From contig JAZJZK010000022.1 in NCBI GenBank assembly GCA_040389905.1, positions 1 to 64,000 of the forward strand: a stretch of DNA of 64,000 nucleotides, written 5' to 3'. The position numbers were made by a program, and so were the translations under genes. The notes under the pieces were generated by a model. That model had not been told where the DNA came from. It made no database searches and was given only the letters and a program-made list of their open reading frames with translations. Every line of letters begins with the position of its first letter. Within the stretch, counting starts at the first letter, position 1. Shown piece by piece: positions 52,622 through 62,843 of the stretch. The DNA is from Gemmatimonadota bacterium (GTDB taxonomy: Bacteria; Gemmatimonadota; Gemmatimonadetes; Gemmatimonadales; Gemmatimonadaceae).

Positions 52622-52650
52622 CGGCGTGGGTGCAGGCCGTTCGCCCGCAC

Positions 52651-54741
52651 CTATCCCACTCTAAACAACTCGAGAGATCGCGCGTACCGTTCGCCCATCA
52701 CTCGCTTGAGCGCCGCGTGCTGAGGCGTGGTGAGTTCCGGATCCACGGCAAGCAGCCGATCGGCGGCTTCGCGTGCGAGCTCGTTGAGACGCTCGTCGCG
52801 CAGCGGGTCAGCCACGCGAAAGGTGGGAATACCGCTCTGCCGCTCGCCGAAGAGATCACCCATGCCGCGCAGTTGCAGATCCGCGCGCGCGATCTCGAAA
52901 CCATCCTCGCTGCCGACGAACACGTCCAGCCGTTGCTTGGTTTCTGGACTGACGCCACCCAGAAGAATGCAGTACGAGGATTCCGCGCCACGGCCGACAC
53001 GGCCACGCAACTGATGCAGCTGCGAGAGTCCGAATCGCTCCGGGTGCTCGATCAGCATCACGGTGGCATTTGGTACATCGATTCCTACTTCGATAACCGT
53101 CGTGGCGACGAGCACGTCGATCACGCCATCGCGAAAACGGCGCATGACGTCGTCCTTCTCATCGGCGGGCAGGCGGCCATGTAGCAACGCAACGCGCTTG
53201 TCCTTGAAGGGCCCCGTCGACAGTAACTCGAACATCGTCGTCGCCGCCTTGAGATCCGTCTTCTCCGATTCATCGATCACGGGATAGACGACATACGCCT
53301 GGCGTCCAAGCCCAAGCTCTCGATTCACAAAATCCATGACGCGCTCGCGCGCAGACTCTGGCCGCAGCGCGGTGGTGATGGGCTGTCGCCCTGGCGGCCG
53401 CTCGTCGAGCACGGAAAGATCGAGATCTCCGTACAGAGTCAACGCGAGCGATCGCGGGATTGGCGTTGCGGTCATCAAGAGGACATCCGGCGCCTCACCT
53501 TTGGCGCCAAGCGCCTTCCGCTGTTCCACGCCGAAGCGATGCTGCTCATCCACGACCGCGAGGCCAAGGTTCGAGAACTCCGTCGCCTGTTGCACCAGTG
53601 CGTGCGTCCCCACGACCAGCGACGGCGTCGCCTCCGCCAAGCGTGACGCCACCTCACGACGTGCTTTCGCCTTGAGACTGCCGGTCATGAGAATCGGCTC
53701 AATACCGAGGGGCGCCAACATCGTGGACATCGACCGAAAGTGCTGCTCGGCGAGGAGTTCCGTGGGCGCCATGATCGCGGCCTGATAGCCATTCTCGATG
53801 GCCAGCATCGCGGCGAAGAGCGCGACGACCGTCTTGCCGCTGCCGACATCGCCCTGCAAGAGGCGCTGCATCCGGCGATCGCTGCACATGTCGGCGAAGA
53901 TCTCGCGAAGGACGCGCCCCTGTGCTGCGGTGAGCTGAAACGGGAGCGCCTCGCGGAGTCGCGTCGTCAATTCTCGGCGGTTGGCGAACTGGATGCCACG
54001 CCGAACGACACGCGATAGCGCCTTGGCGCGCTGATGCAGCAGGTGGACGAACAGCAGTTCCTCGAACGCGAGCCGTGCCCGCCCTTCATGCGCTTCCGCC
54101 AGTGACGCGGGCCGATGCACCATGCGAAGCGCGTCGCCGATTGAGGGTACCGCCGCGGCCGAAAGTACTTCGCGCGGCAGATACTCCGTCACCAAAGGCA
54201 GCAGTTGCTCGAGATGCGCATCGATGATGTTGCGTATGATCTTGAACGACAGCCCCTCGGTCGCTGAATACACGGAGAGCACGCGGCCTTGGGCCGTGCC
54301 CTCTTCATCGGCGCCAAGGTTGATGAACTCGCGCGGAACGAGCTGACGACCATGGAAAAAGCGAACGGAGCCCGAGACCAGCAGCACATCGCCCTTGTCG
54401 ATCGTCCGATCCAGAAAGGACTGGCCCGGCCACGCGACTTCGATCATGCCCGTGTCGTCCTTGAGAACCGCCTGAAAGATCCTCAACCCCTTCCGCGTCG
54501 GCAGAACGCCCTTGGAGACCACTCGGCCGATGATGGTGCCCTGCATTCCTGTTTCGAGCCGGGAAATCGGCGAGACGGTGCTCGCGTCCTCATAGCGATG
54601 GGGAATGTGATACAGGAGGTCGCCTGCCGTCTGAACGCCCAACCGCCGGAGCGCCTCGGCGCGCCCCGGCCCGACACCCTTGAGGTAGGTGACCGGCGTG
54701 TCGAGCCGAAGTCGCGGTTGCCGCACGGGTTCGCGACTCAC
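52651..54741 (-). CDS. recG: ATP-dependent DNA helicase RecG
   Basis: QGDVGSGKT, DEQH, TATPIPR, QLRGRVGR. Confidence 0.96.
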   Translation of the reverse strand: MSREPVRQPRLRLDTPVTYLKGVGPGRAEALRRLGVQTAGDLLYHIPHRYEDASTVSPISRLETGMQGTIIGRVVSKGVLPTRKGLRIFQAVLKDDTGMIEVAWPGQSFLDRTIDKGDVLLVSGSVRFFHGRQLVPREFINLGADEEGTAQGRVLSVYSATEGLSFKIIRNIIDAHLEQLLPLVTEYLPREVLSAAAVPSIGDALRMVHRPASLAEAHEGRARLAFEELLFVHLLHQRAKALSRVVRRGIQFANRRELTTRLREALPFQLTAAQGRVLREIFADMCSDRRMQRLLQGDVGSGKTVVALFAAMLAIENGYQAAIMAPTELLAEQHFRSMSTMLAPLGIEPILMTGSLKAKARREVASRLAEATPSLVVGTHALVQQATEFSNLGLAVVDEQHRFGVEQRKALGAKGEAPDVLLMTATPIPRSLALTLYGDLDLSVLDERPPGRQPITTALRPESARERVMDFVNRELGLGRQAYVVYPVIDESEKTDLKAATTMFELLSTGPFKDKRVALLHGRLPADEKDDVMRRFRDGVIDVLVATTVIEVGIDVPNATVMLIEHPERFGLSQLHQLRGRVGRGAESSYCILLGGVSPETKQRLDVFVGSEDGFEIARADLQLRGMGDLFGERQSGIPTFRVADPLRDERLNELAREAADRLLAVDPELTTPQHAALKRVMGERYARSLELFRVG

Positions 54742-55670
54742 TCTCCGCCGAGTAGCTCCCGCGCGAATACGGTCGCGTCGAACGGTGCGAGATCGCCGCT
54801 CGATTCGCCGGTGCCGAGGAACTTGACGGGGACGTCAATCGCCTCGTGGACCGCGATGACGACGCCTCCGCGCGCAGTACCATCGAGCTTCGTCAGCACC
54901 AACCCGGACACCGGGACGGCGGAAGAAAACGTCTTCGCCTGCTGCACGGCGTTCTGCCCGATAGTGGCGTCGAGCACGAGCAGCGTTTCGTGCGGCGCCG
55001 AAGGCAACCGCTTGGTAATGACGCGAGCGACTTTCTTGAGCTCAGTCATGAGCCCTTCACTCGTGTGGAGACGACCCGCGGTGTCGATGATGAGGACGTC
55101 GGCACCACGCGCGATCGCGGCGTCGATTGCATCGAAGGCGACGGCGGCCGGATCGGCGCCAGGCAGGGCGGAAATGAAATCTGCGCCAGTGCGCTCTGCC
55201 CAGACACGAAGCTGGTCGATCGCCCCCGCCCTGAAGGTGTCGCCCGCCGCGACGATGACCTTTTTTCCCTCAGCCTTGAACCGCGCCGAGAGCTTGCCGA
55301 TGAAGGTGGTCTTCCCCGCTCCGTTCACGCCGACGATGAGAATGACCGTTGGACCTTCCGTCGCGCGCTGAAGGTCGGTGGCACTGTTGCCGGCGCAGAG
55401 TGCCGCAACCACGCCTTCCTCGAGGACAGCGAGAAACTCCCCCTGCGACTTCAACAGTCCACGCTGAGCACGACGCTCCACTTCGGCCACGAGCTTGAGC
55501 GTGGTGGGAACCCCGAAATCCGCCTCAAGGAGTAGCTCCTCCAGTTTTTCCAGCGACCCTGCCGACACGCCGCCGCGCGCCAGCACGGCGACGTCGGTGA
55601 GCGCGACGTCTTTTATTCGTTGCCAGAGCGACCGTTTAGGAACGTCGCCGGTTTTCTTCAGAATGCGCAT
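54738..55670 (-). CDS. ftsY: SRP receptor FtsY (NG domain only)
   Basis: GVNGAGKTT, DTFRAGA, DTAGR, TKLDG. Confidence 0.95.
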   Translation of the reverse strand: MRILKKTGDVPKRSLWQRIKDVALTDVAVLARGGVSAGSLEKLEELLLEADFGVPTTLKLVAEVERRAQRGLLKSQGEFLAVLEEGVVAALCAGNSATDLQRATEGPTVILIVGVNGAGKTTFIGKLSARFKAEGKKVIVAAGDTFRAGAIDQLRVWAERTGADFISALPGADPAAVAFDAIDAAIARGADVLIIDTAGRLHTSEGLMTELKKVARVITKRLPSAPHETLLVLDATIGQNAVQQAKTFSSAVPVSGLVLTKLDGTARGGVVIAVHEAIDVPVKFLGTGESSGDLAPFDATVFARELLGGE

Positions 55671-55685
55671 GACGAAAGTTAATGG

Positions 55686-55722
55686 CGAAACGACAATGGG
55701 AGCCCGTTATGGGCTCCCATTG
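55686..55722 (-). terminator. Strong hairpin / probable terminator after the M14 peptidase
   Basis: CAATGGGAGCCC-loop-GGGCTCCCATTG 12-bp stem, weak T tract on minus strand. Confidence 0.65.
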
Positions 55723-55752
55723 CGTATCAGTTCCTTGCGGAGCGAACCCTTT

Positions 55753-55780
55753 TGTCACCCCGAGCGAGCTCGGGATGACA
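55753..55780. repeat. REP-like element, collapsed copy
   Basis: TGTCACCCCGAGCGAGCTCGGGATGACA. Confidence 0.8.
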
Positions 55781-55786
55781 TCGATA

Positions 55787-58700
55787 TCACTTTCCGTTCG
55801 CGCTCAGGTCGTTCCAGTTCATGATGGTGTTGAAGCCCATGATGAAGGTGCCCTGCGTCTGCCACCGCCAGAAGGGACGGATCGTGAACATCACCACGTG
55901 ACCCTTTCCGATCGGTGAATCAATGACGTTGGGGCGGTTCGACAAATTTTGGCCCCCCTCGAGCACGCCCGACAGCAGCATGTCGCGCGGGCTCGCCGGC
56001 CACGACATCACGACGCGCGGCTTCATGTCGCCGAGAGTACGAGACTGTGGGCCAGCCGCACCACCGCCAAAGCCACCACCGCCGCCACGACCACCGAACA
56101 GGTCAGCCGTGGACGCTTCGGCTGCGGCGACCGGCCACTGCTGGTTGGGGTCCCACACCGAGTGCTCGACCCATGTGGCCATCGGCTGTGTATTCTGGTA
56201 CACGCTCGCGGCGCCACCACCGCCGCCGCCACCGCGACCGCCGCCGCCACCGAATCCACCACCGGCCGCAGCGCTGCCCGGCCTGGTCGTGTCCAGCTTG
56301 CTCACGGGGGCGGCGTTGGCTGGAGCCTGCGGTACTCCCGCATCGAGCAACGTTCCCCCGCTGAAGTACACAGGGAGCTGATTGACGGAATACCCGTACG
56401 CAATCGGGCTGCTCGCGTCATTGATGACGCCGCGGAGAATCGTTCCGCGGTTGACGAGGCCTGGAGCCGCCGTGGTACGAAGACCGGGTGTCAGGTTATA
56501 CGTCGGGAAAATGGCGGATGTGCCGCCCTCGGTCACGAGCGTACCACCCGCCTGCACGAACTCATAGAGCATCTTGAGCCCGTCCTCTCCAAGCCCGCCA
56601 CGCGTATCCGCAGTGGAGTCCGGAAAGCCAAGAGCCGGATAGTCCTTCGTGCTCTTGTACGGAATCGGCGCGCCGGACGTGGGCGCCGGCTGACCGACGG
56701 CCCCACCATGCGGCCAGAGGATGACGTCGAACTTGGTCTTCAGCGAGCCCATGGTGCGGACCGCGTTCTCACCGAAGTAGTTGTACGGAATCTTGTAGTA
56801 GTCGAGCGCCGCACGGACCCACCCCTCGTCCTGCGTGTTGCTCCAGCTGTGGATGTAGCCGATGCGCGGGATATCGAGGTCGTGCGACTTGACCGTCGGC
56901 GCCGCGTCCACTGCCCACCCGGAAAGCCCGAGCTCCTTGAGCACCGGCTCCAGCTGGCCCCTGTTAGCGCGCGCGATGATGAACGAGCCCGCGCCAAACT
57001 TGTGACCGGCGGCTTCGAACGCCGCTTCCGCTGCGCTCATCTTCGTGCTGGCAAGGCGATAGCGAAGCGCGACCATGTTGTTGTCGCCGGTGTGCTCGAC
57101 AATCACGGTGTTGCCGGTGCCCGCGATCCCTCCGGAGGACATCACGTGTCCGCTCACCGGCGACATCGACGCCGTAAGCAGCGCCGGATCCTTGATCGTA
57201 TGCAAGATGATGTTGCGCATCATCTGGTACGTCCACCCCGTGTCATCGTACGGCGACGGGTTGGTGGTCGGATAGTTCTGGATCGAGAAGTACATGTCGG
57301 CGATCGTGCGAAGCGGCTGGTCTCCCCGAACGATCCAATCACCCTTCTTCACCTCGACGTCGCCGATCTTCATATCGGCGTTCGCGACGTGGAATTCGAG
57401 GCCTTGGTCAATGAGTTCGTTGACCGCCTCCGCAGCGTTCGCCTTGGCGCGCTGTTCCGCGGGAATGACCCAGCCCTTGGTCGGTCCGACTACGCCCTTC
57501 TTGATCGCGTTCTTGTTCTTGATCCAGTAGTTCTCGAGGAAACGATCCCGCTCTTTGCCGGTGTTCCAGAGGGCAAAGAGAACGGCGGATTCCTGGATGT
57601 TCGTGTTCGCGCGCGAGCCCCACCGGATATCGTTCGGCGTGGGATTCGGGCGGAACCACTCACGGCTCTGGTTGTAGTTCGTGCCACCGAGGATTCGCGT
57701 GAGCTGGCTGTCGTCGCCGGTTGCTGCGTTGGCACCGCCACCACCACCGCGACCGCCGCGTCCACCACCACCGCCGCCACGACCGCCGCGACCGCCTGCC
57801 GCGCTATCGGCGGGAGGCGTTGCTCCACCTGCTGGTGCTGCTGCCGGCGGCGCACCGCCACCACCACGCCCAGCCGCGACCACGCCATCACAGCCGCTGC
57901 CGAAGCTCTGTACCTCGTAGAACCGTCCAATCGCGTTGTGCGAATGCACGAGGAAGAACATGTAGTTGGGAACCCACCCGTCGTAGAACCCGTAGGTCCA
58001 CACGCCCGGAACCCCCTGCTTCGTCATTTCCATGACGTCGTTCTCGGCCATCCACCACCACTCGTTGATCGTGATGGGGTCGAGCTCCTCGTTGTATGGT
58101 CCCGTTCCCGTGGACGCATACAGGAGCGTCTGCGCTTCATGCAGATCGTGCAGGATCGTCGGGTGCCAATCGTTGGCCGCCTTGCGGATATTCTGCGTCA
58201 GCTTGAGGAACTGTCCCATGCCGTCGCGATTGTTGTCGTGCGCGACGTACTTGCCCCAGTACGGCGTGGGAAGCTGAAGTCCGGTCCGCTGACGGAAGCA
58301 CGCGCCATCGACGATCTTGTCACGACCGTCGGTTTCGATGACCGGCGTGATGAAGGTGAGGACGTTCTTGCGAATGCCCTGGATCATCGGGGATTCATCC
58401 ACGACGAGGCGATAGGCAAGCTCCATGAGCATTTCCGGGCCGCCCGTTTCCGTGGAGTGCATGCCACTCGCGAGGTAGTACACGGGCTTGCCGAGCGACG
58501 AAATGATCTGCCGCGCACGCGCTTCGGTCGTCTTGCGAGGATCGGCAAGCTCCGCCAGATAGCCGCGGTACTTCTCGAGGTTCGCGATCGCTTCCTCGTC
58601 ACCGACGATGAGCATGATCATGTCACGCCCCTCTTCCGACTTGCCGATGTTGAAGAGCTTCGAGCGCGTGGGCGCCGCGTCGGCGACGGCCTTGAAGTAA

Positions 58701-58993
58701 CGGTTGATGTCGGCAACCTTGGTGAGATACCCAGGCATACCGATGATGTGGTTGATGCCCGGGAACTTGAGCGGCGTTGGCACCTTATCCGAGTACGGCA
58801 AGTAGTCGACGAGGTACGTCGAGATGCGGGGATCGGTGAGATGCTGCTTGATCAGCCGTGTGTACTCCTCGTCCTGCCTCTGAGCCGTCTGTGCTGATGC
58901 GGCTGGTCCAGCGCCAGTGATTGCGGCGGTGACCAGCGCGGACCAGACGAGCCGGCGCATCGATCCTGTCATGCGCGACATCCTTTCTCCCAT
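55787..58993 (-). CDS. Secreted M14-family zinc carboxypeptidase with Gly/Arg-rich inserts
   Basis: Signal peptide, IGKSEEGR, HSTE, DNNRD, HDLHE. Confidence 0.85.
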   Translation of the reverse strand: MGERMSRMTGSMRRLVWSALVTAAITGAGPAASAQTAQRQDEEYTRLIKQHLTDPRISTYLVDYLPYSDKVPTPLKFPGINHIIGMPGYLTKVADINRYFKAVADAAPTRSKLFNIGKSEEGRDMIMLIVGDEEAIANLEKYRGYLAELADPRKTTEARARQIISSLGKPVYYLASGMHSTETGGPEMLMELAYRLVVDESPMIQGIRKNVLTFITPVIETDGRDKIVDGACFRQRTGLQLPTPYWGKYVAHDNNRDGMGQFLKLTQNIRKAANDWHPTILHDLHEAQTLLYASTGTGPYNEELDPITINEWWWMAENDVMEMTKQGVPGVWTYGFYDGWVPNYMFFLVHSHNAIGRFYEVQSFGSGCDGVVAAGRGGGGAPPAAAPAGGATPPADSAAGGRGGRGGGGGGRGGRGGGGGANAATGDDSQLTRILGGTNYNQSREWFRPNPTPNDIRWGSRANTNIQESAVLFALWNTGKERDRFLENYWIKNKNAIKKGVVGPTKGWVIPAEQRAKANAAEAVNELIDQGLEFHVANADMKIGDVEVKKGDWIVRGDQPLRTIADMYFSIQNYPTTNPSPYDDTGWTYQMMRNIILHTIKDPALLTASMSPVSGHVMSSGGIAGTGNTVIVEHTGDNNMVALRYRLASTKMSAAEAAFEAAGHKFGAGSFIIARANRGQLEPVLKELGLSGWAVDAAPTVKSHDLDIPRIGYIHSWSNTQDEGWVRAALDYYKIPYNYFGENAVRTMGSLKTKFDVILWPHGGAVGQPAPTSGAPIPYKSTKDYPALGFPDSTADTRGGLGEDGLKMLYEFVQAGGTLVTEGGTSAIFPTYNLTPGLRTTAAPGLVNRGTILRGVINDASSPIAYGYSVNQLPVYFSGGTLLDAGVPQAPANAAPVSKLDTTRPGSAAAGGGFGGGGGRGGGGGGGAASVYQNTQPMATWVEHSVWDPNQQWPVAAAEASTADLFGGRGGGGGFGGGAAGPQSRTLGDMKPRVVMSWPASPRDMLLSGVLEGGQNLSNRPNVIDSPIGKGHVVMFTIRPFWRWQTQGTFIMGFNTIMNWNDLSANGK

Positions 58994-59151
58994 GGTGGTG
59001 GATACTCCTGTAGCGGGGCGTCCGCTCGACTAACTGCGACGCCTGAACGATAGTACGCGCTGGTCTCTCATTTCGTGGATTGGTACTGCGACGCTACCGC
59101 CCAATGTGCGTCGGATCTCGAGCGGCCGCGAGTCAGCTGATAACGAGGAAT

Positions 59152-59403
59152 GGGGGCGAGGGCCCGACCTCGGGTCAACCGCGGGCCTGGGCGCGGGCGG
59201 GGGCCAGGGCTTGGGCTCGGGCTTACCTTCAGGCTGGAGGCTTGGGATCGGGCCTGGGCAGGGGCCGCTGGTTGACTCCTCAGAGATGACTTCGCCCTTG
59301 CTCTTGCCCGGGCTTGAGCCCCGGCCTGCAGGTAAGCCCCTGCCCAAGCCCTAGCCCGGGCCCGCGGCCAAGCCCGCGGTTGGCCCGGCTCGAGCCCCGG
59401 CCC
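59152..59403. repeat. ~250-bp imperfect inverted repeat of GGGCnn hexamer units
   Basis: CAACCGCGGGC/GCCCGCGGTTG, AGGGCTTGGGC/GCCCAAGCCCT, GGGCTTACCTTCAGGC/GCCTGCAGGTAAGCCC. Confidence 0.8.
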
Positions 59404-59404
59404 G

Positions 59405-59442
59405 AAACAAACAGGCCCCTCGCTCACGAGGGGCCTGTTTGT
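59405..59442 (-). terminator. Intrinsic terminator of the TonB receptor gene
   Basis: ACAAACAGGCCCCTCG-CTCA-CGAGGGGCCTGTTTGT with T-rich tails. Confidence 0.8.
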
Positions 59443-59463
59443 GTACCAGCCGTCGACGAGCCT

Positions 59464-61923
59464 CTACGGGAAGCCGGGCCCCGACTGCTGCTGCTGCTCG
59501 ACCTGTCTCACGCGCGGAACCTGTCCAAAGTTGTACTGAACCCCGAGGAACACGCCGCGAACTCCCGCCGTCCGCTCGGTGATCTGGTAGACGTTGTCGT
59601 CACCCGTGCTGATCCTGAACCGGTTCGTGCTGAACGGATCCAGGACTCTCACGAGAACTGCAAGATTGTCGCCGTCGACCTTCTTGCGGACGGTGAAGTT
59701 CACATTCGTGACCGCTGCGAACTCTCCACGCTCGATCTTCATCGGTGCGCGGTACTGGTAGTTGCCCTGCACCATCAGCGTCGGCGTGAGGTTGGACGTC
59801 ACGCTCATGCGGCCCATCCACGCGATCGCGTTCGAGCCGACACTGGAGAGCGAGCCGCCGTCGGTTACCATCTTGAAGATGTTGAACCCCGACAGGACAC
59901 TCAGCTTCGGTGAGTAGCGGAACTGGCCATTCACGTCCGCACCCCACGAATTGCTCGTCGCAAGATTCTGGAAGCTGATGGATGTCACGTTCCGGCCGTC
60001 GATCATGTCGTCCGTATCGATGATGACGCGGATGATGTTGGTCGTATGCCGGAAGAAGGGCGACAGCTGGAACGTTCCGTACTGGCCATTCTTCACGAGA
60101 CCGAGCTCGAGCGCGTCGGTGTATTCCGGATCCAACTTCGGGTTGCCGAGGAACACGTTCTGGACGTCGAAGAACGTGGGGAACGGATTCAACTCCTGCG
60201 TCCCTGGCCGGCGAATACGGCGCGAGTAGCTCGACTTGAGCTGAAGGCCATCATTCACATTGTACATCACGATGCCGCTCGGGAAGACGCTGGCGTACTG
60301 ATAGGGATAGTTGCTGGCGCTTCCAGCGAGCTTGAAATCGCGGCTCGCCAGCTCGCCGCGCAGGCCCCCCTGAAGCTCGAACTTGCCCGCGCCCTGACTC
60401 AGCACGCCGTACACCGCGTTGACTTCTTCGTCGAACTCGAGCCCGTTGCTCAGGTCGCTCCGAACCCAGACGTTGGTACCGAGCGGATCCTTCAGGACGT
60501 TGTAGTCGCGGTCGAGCCAGCGCGTCGTGCTCTTGAAGCCTGTCTCCAACTTGGTGCGCGCAGCGAGCGTGCGCGTGTAGTCCAGCTGCGCATTGAAGGA
60601 CTTCGACACCGCCTCCGTGATATCCCGCTCACCTTCGAGCTTCGGTGAGGACAACGACGACGAGAGCGGCGCCTGGCGCCACAACATCGTCTCGTCATCG
60701 TCGTCGCCACGATTGAAGCGAACCTCGGCGTTCACCTCGTGCTTACGCGGCTCGAAGGTGCGCTTGAACGCGAGGCTGTAGTCCACCATCCAGCCCGTTG
60801 CGCCCGTATTGCGGAGGCGATCGTATCGGTCGAGCAACGTCCGCGCGCTATTCAATTCGGAGTACGCCATGAGCGTCGCGTCGGACGACCGGCGGCGATT
60901 GAACGAGAAGACGTTCGACACCACGTCGCGAGGATTCAGCTTGTAGTCGACGTTGAGACTCGCGTTGTGGCCGGCGTTCCCATTCAACGTGGAGATGTCC
61001 TGGTCGGTGAACGAAAGCGGCACCAGCGCCGCGCCGAGCTTCTGCCGGTCGTTGATGCCGATGACGTTCCGATCTTCGGCGTTGAATCCGTAGGTCGTGA
61101 ACGTGGACAGGTTGCCCGCCTGGTAGCCGACGTTACCCGACGTCCCGTACCGCTGCTTGTTCGCAGCGTTCGCATTCACGCCACCGCTGAAGCCGAGGTC
61201 GACGTTCTGCTTCATCACGATATTGATGATGCCCGCCATGCCTTCTGGATCGTACTTGGCAGACGGATTCGGCACGACTTCCACACGATCGAGCACATTC
61301 GCGGGCAGCGACTTGAGGTATGCAGCGAGCTGCGTGCCCCGAATCGGTGACGGGCGGCCGTTGATCTGGATGGCGACATTCTCGTTGCCGCGCAGGCTGA
61401 CCTTTCCATCAGCGTCAACGGCGACGGACGGAACGTTCTCGAGGACGTCACTGGCATTCGATGCGCCAGGCGCCACGTCCTTCGCGCGATACGTGTTGCG
61501 ATCGGGTTCGATCGTGGCCGCCGCTGCCTCTTCGACGACGTTCACGCTGCCGAGCGTCACCGCGAAGCGAGACAGCCGCAGAACGCCAACGTTGGCGATC
61601 GGCGCGCTATCGGTGATGGCGAAATCTCGAACGACGGGCGTGTAGCCGAGCGCTGCCACGCGCAGTGAATAGCGGCCGGGGCGTAGGCCAGGCGCGCGGA
61701 AGGTACCAGCGGGGGTGGCGATTGCTCCGGCGACGAGCGACGAATCTCGCTTGCTACGAATGGTTGCGGACGCACGCGCGAGCGGCATGCTGTCCTTGGC
61801 GTCGAGCACAGTTCCGCGAAGCTCGCCCGGTCCGGACGGCGGCGGAGTGACAGGTCTTCCCTGCGCGGACGCGAGTTGCGTGGCGGCGAACAGGAAGGCG
61901 ATGGCGAACAGGTGGCGTCTCAC
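59464..61923 (-). CDS. TonB-dependent receptor with N-terminal carboxypeptidase-regulatory-like domain
   Basis: Signal peptide, LENVPSV, DRVEVVPNPSAKYDPEGMAGIINI plug, barrel; GTG start tentative. Confidence 0.85.
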   Translation of the reverse strand: MRRHLFAIAFLFAATQLASAQGRPVTPPPSGPGELRGTVLDAKDSMPLARASATIRSKRDSSLVAGAIATPAGTFRAPGLRPGRYSLRVAALGYTPVVRDFAITDSAPIANVGVLRLSRFAVTLGSVNVVEEAAAATIEPDRNTYRAKDVAPGASNASDVLENVPSVAVDADGKVSLRGNENVAIQINGRPSPIRGTQLAAYLKSLPANVLDRVEVVPNPSAKYDPEGMAGIINIVMKQNVDLGFSGGVNANAANKQRYGTSGNVGYQAGNLSTFTTYGFNAEDRNVIGINDRQKLGAALVPLSFTDQDISTLNGNAGHNASLNVDYKLNPRDVVSNVFSFNRRRSSDATLMAYSELNSARTLLDRYDRLRNTGATGWMVDYSLAFKRTFEPRKHEVNAEVRFNRGDDDDETMLWRQAPLSSSLSSPKLEGERDITEAVSKSFNAQLDYTRTLAARTKLETGFKSTTRWLDRDYNVLKDPLGTNVWVRSDLSNGLEFDEEVNAVYGVLSQGAGKFELQGGLRGELASRDFKLAGSASNYPYQYASVFPSGIVMYNVNDGLQLKSSYSRRIRRPGTQELNPFPTFFDVQNVFLGNPKLDPEYTDALELGLVKNGQYGTFQLSPFFRHTTNIIRVIIDTDDMIDGRNVTSISFQNLATSNSWGADVNGQFRYSPKLSVLSGFNIFKMVTDGGSLSSVGSNAIAWMGRMSVTSNLTPTLMVQGNYQYRAPMKIERGEFAAVTNVNFTVRKKVDGDNLAVLVRVLDPFSTNRFRISTGDDNVYQITERTAGVRGVFLGVQYNFGQVPRVRQVEQQQQSGPGFP

Positions 61924-62084
61924 AGGTGGGGTTCCAAGAGGAAGTGGAGAAACCGGATCGGCGTACGCGATTGCGCGTATTCGTTCCGGTATCCAGTACG
62001 AGACTTCCCCTATGGAGTTTCGACTTTTTTTCAACTAAGAGACTGTGTCATTTCGACTACGAAAACTCACAGTTCTCTAACGGT

Positions 62085-62699
62085 TTACTGTGTCACTTCG
62101 ACGACAGCGGCGCCTCGCGTCGCATCAGCCAACGCGGAAATGAGCGCAGTGATTTCCGTTCGCGGAACGAGAAGGCGATACTGCACATTCGCTTCATATT
62201 TCTCGTCCATGATCTCTGCGCGTATTGCGTCGAACTGTTGTTGCGCGACAGTGACGCTGGCATAGTCGATCGTCACGCGTACCTCGACGACGTCGACCTT
62301 CTCTCGGAGCGGAAGCGATTCGAACGCGAGCTTCACCATGCCGCCATAGGCCTTGACGAGTCCACCCGTTCCGAGCTTGGTACCGCCGTAGTAGCGCGTG
62401 ACGACCGCGACGACCTCCCCAACACCGCTGTGCAACAGAACCGTCAGCATCGGCCTGCCGGCGGTGCCGTGCGGCTCGCCATCGTCGCTCATCCCGACCT
62501 GATTGGTATTGCCTGGCGGACCTGCCGCGAAGGCCTAGCAGTTGTGCGTCGCGTCCGCAAACTCGCGCCCGATTTCCCGCACGAACGCCTGAGCCTCGGC
62601 AGCCGTAGTGCATCGTTCGATGGTGCAGCAGAAACGGCTGCGTTCGATGGTCTGTTCCACCCGATGCCGCGCTGCAGGGATGGGATATCGACTGTCCAT
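62085..62699 (-). pseudogene. yigZ: YigZ/IMPACT-family gene interrupted by in-frame TAG at codon 55
   Basis: MDSRY...IERSRF...ATHNC*AF...SDDGEPHGTAG...TRYYGGTKLGTGGLVKAY in one frame. Confidence 0.8.
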
Positions 62700-62757
62700 G
62701 TCGTTCCGGCCGAGGGGATTTGGTGGTAAGCTGTCAGCGTAGTGAAAGACTCGCGAT

Positions 62758-62786
62758 TGTCACCCCGAGCGGCGCTCGGGATGACA
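62758..62786. repeat. REP-like element, collapsed copy
   Basis: TGTCACCCCGAGCGGCGCTCGGGATGACA. Confidence 0.8.
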
Positions 62787-62843
62787 TCCATAAGGTGCTT
62801 CCAGACGACAGTTCTGGAACGCAACAAGGTATCAAGGAGATTC

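Noticed and set aside
55949..58897. 982-aa + strand ORF opposite the M14 peptidase
   Set aside because: Antisense shadow. The same applies to 14947-16392, 38669-40348, 4772-6265 and similar ORFs.
59030..59427. Small Pro/Gly/Ala-rich ORFs on both strands
   Set aside because: By-products of the hexamer palindrome; no RBS or family features.
62535..62537. Genome-wide TAG reassignment or pyrrolysine
   Set aside because: TAG ends many genes at their expected C-termini (btuB, ptsH, ribBA, fbp, asnS, recG).
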